14,708 nt of DNA from NCBI GenBank assembly GCA_964658025.1, contig CAZZXB010000009.1:1-14708 (forward strand). The letters run 5' to 3'. Below, one piece after another: positions 1 through 5,609 of the stretch. This DNA comes from an uncultured Janthinobacterium sp. Its GTDB lineage: Bacteria > Vulcanimicrobiota > Vulcanimicrobiia > Vulcanimicrobiales > Vulcanimicrobiaceae. Under the pieces are notes generated by a model that was not told where the DNA came from, ran no database searches, and saw only the letters and a program-made list of their open reading frames with translations. The translations under genes and the position numbers were made by a program. Every line of letters begins with the position of its first letter. Within the stretch, counting starts at the first letter, position 1.

Positions 1-1508
1 GGCGTCGCGACGACGTTGAAGAACCAGCCGCGCGCGTGACGCATCGACTCGCGCACGCCGACGAAATGACGCGGACAGCGCCCGACGAGATGTTCGACGA
101 CGTGCGCGCGTCGGCGAAGCGCTTCGGGCAGATGCTCGCGCGCGATCGCCCAGCGGACGTAGGTGCGCTCGGCGAACGACGGATCGGGTCGCAACCCCGC
201 GACGGCTCGCGCGCACGCGACCGCCGCGCGCAGGCGGACGCGATCGCGCTTCTCGCGCGCGATCTCCGCGTCGAACGCCGCGAGTTCGGCGGGAGAAAAA
301 GCGCGTAGCCGGCGCGCGAGCAACACGACGTCGCGCCACACGCGAAGGTCGCGGCCGTGATACGCGAGATGCACGGCGCCACGCACGCGATCGAGCACGC
401 GAACCCGCCCGATCGGACCTTCGACGTCGATCGCATGCGCGTCGAGTTCGTCGTACGCGAACGAACGCGTCACGCTGCGCGGCGTCGCGAGCGCGACGTG
501 AACTTCGACCGGGACGGGCTCGCCCGGAAGGGCCAACGGCGCGTGATGATGGTGGCGTGCGGCGAAGAACGCCACGCGATCGGAGGGGAAGAACTCGCGA
601 TACCCCGCGTCGCGGAGCGCGCGAACGGCGCGATCGATATCGGCCGCGCGCACGAGCGCGTCGACGTCGCCCGAGAATTGGAGATCGGCGCCGTCCTCGC
701 CGGCCGCGAGACGCGCGCCGCCCTTGAGCACGATCGGCTCGATGCCGACCGCGCGCAACGTCTTCACCACGTCGAAGACGCGCGCGAGCACGCGCGGCGC
801 CTGTAAGGCGCTCGCGAAGCGAACGCGCGCGACCGCTTCGCCGAGCTCGACCGCGACGGGCGAACCGCTCGCGCGCGCCGTTTGGAACCACGCGTGCAGA
901 AGTCCCGAGGCGTGATGGCGCTTCGCCGTCTCGACGAGCGCACGCGTCGGAACGGACGCGAGCGATGCCGCCGCGACCTCGGCCTCACCGCGTTCGAACG
1001 ATCGCGTCGCGCGCACGAGCGCGGCGAATTCGGCGGACGTTCCGTCGCGCTCGCTTCGGGCCGCGGGTGCGAGCAACGCCGCGCGCGTCCGCACGAACGC
1101 GGCGACGGCGCGTAGGCGGCGCGTCCTGCGGAGCGCGTAGCCGCCGAGCCGCCAGCGCCGGTCGTCCACGCGGCGCGCGCTCGGCGAGGGGCCCGTCCGA
1201 ATCTCGGTCACGCGGCCGAGCACGGCGTCGCGCGGGACGATTTCGGGCCGGTCCGGATGGGCGTCGCCGCAGGTGACGAACGCCCCGCCTCGCGCGGTCA
1301 CGAGACGGTGCGCGACGAGCTTGGAGCCCGAGCGGAAAACGAGGATGTCGCCGCGACGCGGATCGCGCGCGCAGGGTTCGACGAGCGCGACCATCCCGGC
1401 TCGAAGCGAGGGAACCATGCTCGTCCCCTCGAGGACGATTCGGGCGAAGCCGGTACGGTCGAGCGCGAAGGCGACGAGATCAGCGCGCGAGATATCTTCG
1501 TTCTTCAC
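1..1508 (-). CDS. S24/S26-type (Ser-His) peptidase domain fused to a nucleotidyltransferase (NTP_transf_5-like) domain; 3' end lies beyond the left edge of the window
   Basis: Hand-translated and absent from the ORF track because no stop falls inside the window. From GTG at 1508 the frame is open for 502 codons to the edge. N-terminus: MKNEDISRADLVAFALDRTGFARIVLEGTSMVPSLRAGMVALVEP...RRGDILVFR...LVAHRLV...FVTCGDAH...VLGRV, with signal-peptidase-like motifs (Ser30, His67, GD at 81-82). C-terminal part: GIEPIVLKGG...SGDVDALV...ALRDAGY...VEVHVAL...VHLAYH...WRDV, typical of NTP_transf_5. The start overlaps the kinase 3' end by 29 nt and has no clear RBS, so the exact start is uncertain. Confidence 0.85.
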   Translation of the reverse strand, partial: MKNEDISRADLVAFALDRTGFARIVLEGTSMVPSLRAGMVALVEPCARDPRRGDILVFRSGSKLVAHRLVTARGGAFVTCGDAHPDRPEIVPRDAVLGRVTEIRTGPSPSARRVDDRRWRLGGYALRRTRRLRAVAAFVRTRAALLAPAARSERDGTSAEFAALVRATRSFERGEAEVAAASLASVPTRALVETAKRHHASGLLHAWFQTARASGSPVAVELGEAVARVRFASALQAPRVLARVFDVVKTLRAVGIEPIVLKGGARLAAGEDGADLQFSGDVDALVRAADIDRAVRALRDAGYREFFPSDRVAFFAARHHHHAPLALPGEPVPVEVHVALATPRSVTRSFAYDELDAHAIDVEGPIGRVRVLDRVRGAVHLAYHGRDLRVWRDVVLLARRLRAFSPAELAAFDAEIAREKRDRVRLRAAVACARAVAGLRPDPSFAERTYVRWAIAREHLPEALRRRAHVVEHLVGRCPRHFVGVRESMRHARGWFFNVVAT

Positions 1509-2451
1509 GAGCCAAGGCTTCGACGATCGCCTCCGCGCTCGCCGCCGGATCGCCGAGGCGGAGTCGAAAAACGGCCGTTTCGCGAAACGTCGCGAGCAGG
1601 CGCCCGAATCGCGCGAGCCCGGGTTCCTCGCGACTCATCATCGACGAGAGGAGCGCGGGCGCGAGCTCGGCGGCGGAAACGCGCTCGAGCCGGGGACGAT
1701 CGCCGTACCCGTCCAGGACGAACGCGCACGCGAGCGGGAGCGGCTCGCCGCCCACCCGCCCGGGTGCGAATTCCGAGGGCGCGAACGCGACGTCGTCGTG
1801 CGGTCGCCATCGTTCGAGCAGACCGCGGAGCCGCGCGCCCGACGCTCCGTCTCGCAGGAGCGCCTCCCGACCGCCGGCGCGCAGCGTCATCCGGCGCGGA
1901 AACGCGACGACGCGATCGTGGACGACGATGCAACGCTCGTCGGAATAGAGCCGGAGCCCGGCTCGGACGCAGGCGACGGCCGTCGTCGTCTTTCCGGCGG
2001 TCGAAGCCCCGACGATCGTCGCCGCCGCGTGCTCCGAGGCGACGACCGCGGCGTGGAATCCGACGTGCTCCGATCGGCGCAGGTACTCGTTGCACGCGAC
2101 GATATCGGCGAAAAACGCGACGTTCCGACCGGCGAGCGGCGGACCGTTCCAACGCCACACGTTTGCGGGATCGCTCCAGAACGACGTCTCGCGCGCGCCT
2201 ACGACGGCGAACGAGCGATCGGCGGCCGGCGCGTCCGCGGCCACGATCATGTCGCGGTAGCGATCGCGAAGATCGTCCGCGGCGTCGGCCTCGGAAAAAG
2301 CGACCGAGAGCACCGTCGATCCGATCGCGAAACGGACCTCGTACGGCGCGCCGCGCGCGAGCATGTCCGCGCGATCCCGGGAGAGCGTCGTGCGCTCGAG
2401 CGCCTCGAACGAGGTCGCGACGGTCGGTGCGTGCATCGTTGTAGACACCAT
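1480..2451 (-). CDS. HPr kinase-related P-loop kinase (HprK-like, similar to RiPP/lasso-associated peptide kinases)
   Basis: GFHAAVV, then Walker A GASTAGKTT, then GLRLYSDE in the order and spacing of the HprK catalytic domain. Start moved from the track's 2490, which lies inside a hairpin, to ATG 2451, which has GGAG 6 nt upstream; 323 aa. Confidence 0.85.
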   Translation of the reverse strand: MVSTTMHAPTVATSFEALERTTLSRDRADMLARGAPYEVRFAIGSTVLSVAFSEADAADDLRDRYRDMIVAADAPAADRSFAVVGARETSFWSDPANVWRWNGPPLAGRNVAFFADIVACNEYLRRSEHVGFHAAVVASEHAAATIVGASTAGKTTTAVACVRAGLRLYSDERCIVVHDRVVAFPRRMTLRAGGREALLRDGASGARLRGLLERWRPHDDVAFAPSEFAPGRVGGEPLPLACAFVLDGYGDRPRLERVSAAELAPALLSSMMSREEPGLARFGRLLATFRETAVFRLRLGDPAASAEAIVEALAREERRYLAR

Positions 2452-2471
2452 CGGCGTCTCCGCCTGAGAAT

Positions 2472-2505
2472 GAATCCGGCCGACGCTCAAGCGCCGGCCG
2501 GGTTC
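2472..2505 (-). terminator. GC-rich stem-loop between the small peptide gene and the kinase (RNA stabiliser or partial terminator)
   Basis: Minus strand reads GAACCCGGCCGGCGC-TTGA-GCGTCGGCCGGATTC: 15-nt arms with one mismatch and one G-U pair. There is no long U-tract. Confidence 0.55.
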
Positions 2506-2530
2506 GTCCGAAATACCGAGGAGACGAAGC

Positions 2531-2671
2531 TTACTTCGAAATCCAGGTATTCGCGTTCTGCTTGAACCCGTCGAAATGAACTGCGGGCGCGTAGCCGGAC
2601 CCGCTCATTTCGGCTGCGCCGAGAACTTCCTTAGCGTCGAACGAAACGACGATAGAAGGCACTTCGTACAC
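2531..2671 (-). CDS. Putative RiPP precursor peptide, 46 aa: MYEVPSIVVSFDAKEVLGAAEMSGSGYAPAVHFDGFKQNANTWISK
   Basis: GTG at 2671-2669 and TAA at 2533-2531, with a strong SD (AAGGGAG) 6 nt upstream. It has an N-terminal YxxP motif as in RRE-bound leaders and is the first gene upstream of the kinase and peptidase. It is below the ORF track's size cut-off. Confidence 0.8.
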   Translation of the reverse strand: MYEVPSIVVSFDAKEVLGAAEMSGSGYAPAVHFDGFKQNANTWISK

Positions 2672-2705
2672 GGAGATCTCCCTTCTGTAGACGATGTGTG
2701 ACGCT

Positions 2706-2714
2706 AGTTTATCA
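2706..2714 (-). promoter_or_regulatory. Candidate extended -10 promoter (TGnTAAACT) for the peptide-kinase-peptidase operon
   Basis: Minus strand reads TGATAAACT about 35 nt upstream of the peptide start, in an AT-richer intergenic region. No good -35 is present. Confidence 0.45.
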
Positions 2715-2908
2715 GAGAAGTTTCGAAAACACCGGGCCCAAAAGAACTAAAAAACGGCGCCGTTCGTTCTCCTCTTTCGGAAGGTGCTTTACAAAAAGCC
2801 CCACCGCACGCGGGCCTTCGTAAAGATGCCGTCAGCTTTGCACAAAACTTACAAACACGACCGCCCGGAAGAACCCGCGGCGGCGTTCCGGTCCAAGGAA
2901 GTTAGGTA

Positions 2909-3823
2909 ATGTACTTTCTCTCCGCCAGCACCCGACGTTTCTCGGCCCTCGCCATCGTCGCGATGAGCACCCTCGCCGCGTGCGGCGGCGGCGGCTCGTC
3001 GCCGACGCCGGGTCCGACCGCCGCGCCGACCGCGGCCCCGACGCCGACGGCGACGCCGGTTCTCACGGGACCGACGCCCCCGACGCCCGCGGCCGGTAAC
3101 GGCTACGCGCTCTTCTACTTCCAGCTCTCGACGAGCACGGCGCCGAACGCGAAGCTCCGCCGGCCCGATTTCGTCGCGCCGAACACGCAGTCGGTCACGA
3201 TCACGACGACGGGTCCCAACGCCCCGACGGGCGGCTCCGGAACGCCGAACACGGGCGCCACGCAGACGACGACCTTCGCGAGCGGCAATACCAACTGCAA
3301 CACGCAGGGCACCGCGCTCGTGTGCTACGCGTACGTCCAGGTTCCGGTCGGAAGCGGTTATTCGTTCCAACTCTACACGTATGCGAACGGCGCGAAACTC
3401 GCCCAGGCGAACACCGGAACGACGACGATCACGAGCGCGGGATCGACGCAGCAACAGATGCTGACCTTCGCTCCGATCGTCTCGTCCGTGTCGCTCTCGT
3501 TCGCGTCTCCGACGACGCCGAAGGGTACCGCCGCGGCGGTCCCGCTCACGGTCGTCCTCAAAGACGCGGCGGGCAACGATCTCTCCAAGGACGCCTCCGG
3601 CGCCGCGATCGCCAAGGGTTCTTCCGCCGACACGCCCTTCGCGAGCCCGGTCTCGCTCACGTCGAGCGACACGACCAACGCTCCCGTCTCGATCGGTAGC
3701 CTGACGAAGCCGAGCGATCTCACCGGCATCACCGTCAACTACGATGGTTCGGGCGGACCGTTCACGTTCACGGGCACGGCGAACGGCGGGGCCACGGGTA
3801 CCGCGACGCTAACGCCGCAGTAA
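2909..3823 (+). CDS. Lipoprotein with Pro/Thr-rich linker and Thr/Ser/Gly-rich, probably beta-rich extracellular domains
   Basis: Signal peptide with lipobox LAA|C (Cys25) followed by GGGGSS and a PTPGPTAAPTAAPTPTATP linker. A Cys pair occurs in NCNTQGTALVC. AAGGA lies upstream of the ATG. Confidence 0.85.
   Translation: MYFLSASTRRFSALAIVAMSTLAACGGGGSSPTPGPTAAPTAAPTPTATPVLTGPTPPTPAAGNGYALFYFQLSTSTAPNAKLRRPDFVAPNTQSVTITTTGPNAPTGGSGTPNTGATQTTTFASGNTNCNTQGTALVCYAYVQVPVGSGYSFQLYTYANGAKLAQANTGTTTITSAGSTQQQMLTFAPIVSSVSLSFASPTTPKGTAAAVPLTVVLKDAAGNDLSKDASGAAIAKGSSADTPFASPVSLTSSDTTNAPVSIGSLTKPSDLTGITVNYDGSGGPFTFTGTANGGATGTATLTPQ
3002..3089 (+). repeat. Low-complexity Pro/Thr/Ala coding repeats (lipoprotein linker)
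   Basis: Repeated ccgac(c/g) units encoding PTPGPTAAPTAAPTPTATP...GPTPPTP. Confidence 0.7.
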
Positions 3824-3836
3824 CCGAGCGCGCATC

Positions 3837-3875
3837 GGGCGCACCTCGGTTCGGCTCCGGCCGACGGGTGCGCCC
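3837..3875 (+). other. Intergenic stem-loop between the lipoprotein and the PqqD-family gene
   Basis: GGGCGCACC (3837-3845) pairs perfectly with GGTGCGCCC (3867-3875), with an inner TCGGTT/GGCCGA stem. There is no U-tract. Confidence 0.5.
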
Positions 3876-3920
3876 CCTCGCGACTCGACGTCATCCGATC
3901 CGAACGGAGAACCGAGCGTC

Positions 3921-4175
3921 GTGCATCCCCAGTCGCAATCGCATCTCATCACGCGCGACGTCACGGAGGGCGTCCTCGTCCACGACGAACGCACGGGCAA
4001 GGTCCACGTCCTCAACCGCGCCGCGGCGCGGGTTCTCGATCTCTGCGACGGAACGCGCGATCTCGCCGCGATCGCGGCGACGCTCGCCCGCGAGGGCGAC
4101 GTCTCGCAGGAACGCGCCGAAGGCGACGTCGCGACCGTCCTGGCCGATTTCCGGCGACTCGGTCTCCTGACCTAA
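3921..4175 (+). CDS. Stand-alone PqqD-family protein / RiPP recognition element (RRE)
   Basis: 84 aa with the classic PqqD pattern: EGVLVHDERTGKVHVLNRAAARVLDLCDGTRDLAAIAATLAREGDVSQERAEGDVATVLADFRRLGLL. GGAG lies upstream of the GTG. No other pqq genes are present. Confidence 0.9.
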   Translation: MHPQSQSHLITRDVTEGVLVHDERTGKVHVLNRAAARVLDLCDGTRDLAAIAATLAREGDVSQERAEGDVATVLADFRRLGLLT

Positions 4176-4209
4176 CCGTCGCGGGGAACCCCGGCCGAAC
4201 GCGCCGGGG

Positions 4210-4239
4210 TTGTCCTCTCGGACGGAGACTCCGTATACT
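4210..4239 (+). promoter_or_regulatory. Candidate sigma70-type promoter upstream of the Mg2+ transport genes
   Basis: TTGTCC (4210-4215), an 18-nt spacer, then TATACT (4234-4239). Confidence 0.5.
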
Positions 4240-4244
4240 ACGGG

Positions 4245-4276
4245 AACCGGATCGCCCACGCGTCCGGTTTTCTTTG
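4245..4276 (+). terminator. Rho-independent terminator-like hairpin with U-tract
   Basis: AACCGGA-T-CGC-CCAC-GCG-TCCGGTT followed by a T-rich run (TTCTTT). Confidence 0.65.
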
Positions 4277-4310
4277 TTCGCGCGACGTCGATGGCGGAAA
4301 GGGGGCGACC

Positions 4311-5609
4311 GTGGCATTTCGAGACGGCTACCTCTCGGAGTTCGTCGGCAAGACGGCCGTCGTCGCGGGCGACGCCGAACGTCGCAGCGTCGGCACGATC
4401 GCCGATTTTTTCGTCGGCAAGCCCGACGACGCGTTCCCCCGGATCGACGGCGTCGTGATCAAGACGCGCGACGGGCGCCGGAGCGTCGCGATCGCGGACG
4501 TCCTCGACGTCGACGCGAAGGGCGCGATCGTGCTCGGACGCGCGCCGACGGAGCCCGCCTCCTCGGACGACGACGTCCTCTACCTCATCAAGGATCTCTT
4601 CGACAAGCAGATCGTCGACGTCGACGGACGCAAGGTCGTACGCATCAACGATCTCGAGGTCGCGAACACCGGCGGCACGCTCCGCGTCGTCGCCGCGGAT
4701 ATCGGCGTGTCGGGACTGCTCCGGCGCTTGGGCACGGGCCGCATCGCGCCGCGACTCGTCGATCGCGTGCCCAAGACGCTCATCGCCTGGGACAACGTCG
4801 CGCCGATCAAGGATCCCAATCCGTCGCTCGTCCACCTCTCGGTTTCGAACGAACGCCTCTCGCGGCTCCATCCCTCCGAACTCGCGGAGATCATCAGCGA
4901 TCTCTCCGCGCAAGATGCCGCGCGCGTCGTGCAGTCGCTCGACGACGAGACCGCCGCCGACGCCTTCGAACACCTCGAAGCGGACGTCCAGCAGTCGATC
5001 ATCCGCGATCTCGGCGAGGAGCGCGCGGCCGACATCATCGAGGAGATGGATTCCGACGACGCCGCGGACTTACTCGGCGAACTCGACGAAGCCGAACGGA
5101 CGCGCCTGCTCGCCAAGATCGAAGACCGCGAATACGCGGACGAACTCGAAGAGCTCGTCGAGTACGAACCCGATACGGCCGGCGGTCTGATGACGACCGA
5201 TTACGTGTGGATCTACCCGCACCGCACGACCGAGGCGACGATCGCGAAGATCCGCGAGATCGGTCCCGAGTCGGAGTTCATCTATTACTTGTTCGTGACC
5301 GACCACCACCGCAAACTGCTCGGGGTCATCTCGCTGCGCGCGCTGCTCCTCGCGCTTCCGACGGCGTTCATCCACAAGCTCATGGACACCGACATCGTGA
5401 GCGTCTCGCCCGACATGAGCGCGGAGGACGTCGCCTCGACGATCGCGCGGTACGACCTCCTCGCCGTCCCCGTCGTCGACGACGAAGATCGGATCCTCGG
5501 CATCGTGACCGTCGACGACGCGATCGACGCGATCATGCCCGAGAAGATCGCGACGTCGCTACCGCGCATGGTCCGTCACGGAAAGCGACGCGAACGTGCC
5601 CGCACCTGA
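4311..5609 (+). CDS. Soluble MgtE-type protein: PRC-barrel region(s), MgtE N-terminal domain and CBS pair, with no transmembrane domain
   Basis: LFDKQIVDVDGRKVVRINDL (PRC-like); LHPSELAEII...EEMDSDDAADLLGEL (MgtE_N); YEPDTAGGLMTTDY...YDLLAVPVVDDEDRILGIVTVDDAID (CBS pair). It ends with a short basic tail. SD-like GGAAAGGGGG precedes the GTG. Confidence 0.9.
   Translation: MAFRDGYLSEFVGKTAVVAGDAERRSVGTIADFFVGKPDDAFPRIDGVVIKTRDGRRSVAIADVLDVDAKGAIVLGRAPTEPASSDDDVLYLIKDLFDKQIVDVDGRKVVRINDLEVANTGGTLRVVAADIGVSGLLRRLGTGRIAPRLVDRVPKTLIAWDNVAPIKDPNPSLVHLSVSNERLSRLHPSELAEIISDLSAQDAARVVQSLDDETAADAFEHLEADVQQSIIRDLGEERAADIIEEMDSDDAADLLGELDEAERTRLLAKIEDREYADELEELVEYEPDTAGGLMTTDYVWIYPHRTTEATIAKIREIGPESEFIYYLFVTDHHRKLLGVISLRALLLALPTAFIHKLMDTDIVSVSPDMSAEDVASTIARYDLLAVPVVDDEDRILGIVTVDDAIDAIMPEKIATSLPRMVRHGKRRERART

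Noticed and set aside
543..554. His4 run (RHHHH) in the nucleotidyltransferase domain as a special metal site
   Set aside because: His residues are common at this point in the family and nothing else supports a separate site.
2452..2490. Track start of the kinase at 2490 (TTG)
   Set aside because: It lies within the 2472-2505 hairpin and lacks an SD; ATG 2451 has GGAG at a suitable spacing.
36..2565. Plus-strand track ORFs across the left end (e.g. 357-806, 1257-2444, 1273-2565)
   Set aside because: Arg/Ala-rich shadow frames antisense to the motif-bearing kinase and peptidase-NTase genes, expected at this GC content.
2927..2950. Twin-arginine (Tat) motif in the lipoprotein signal (STRRFS)
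   Set aside because: Poor match to S/T-R-R-x-F-L-K; more simply a basic n-region of a Sec lipoprotein signal.
3002..3089. Short direct repeats as a CRISPR array or VNTR
   Set aside because: They are in-frame codons of a Pro/Thr linker with no repeat-spacer periodicity.
1..4175. Calling the locus a PQQ operon or a canonical lasso peptide cluster
   Set aside because: No pqqB/C/E genes and no ExxxY PqqA motif. No lasso cyclase or B2 protease is in the window and the leader lacks Thr(-2). A lasso assignment cannot be fully excluded because the operon is truncated.
4311..5609. Truncated mgtE pseudogene
   Set aside because: The ORF is intact, has extra N-terminal PRC-like domains, leaves no TM-domain remnant downstream, and is tightly coupled to the Nramp gene.
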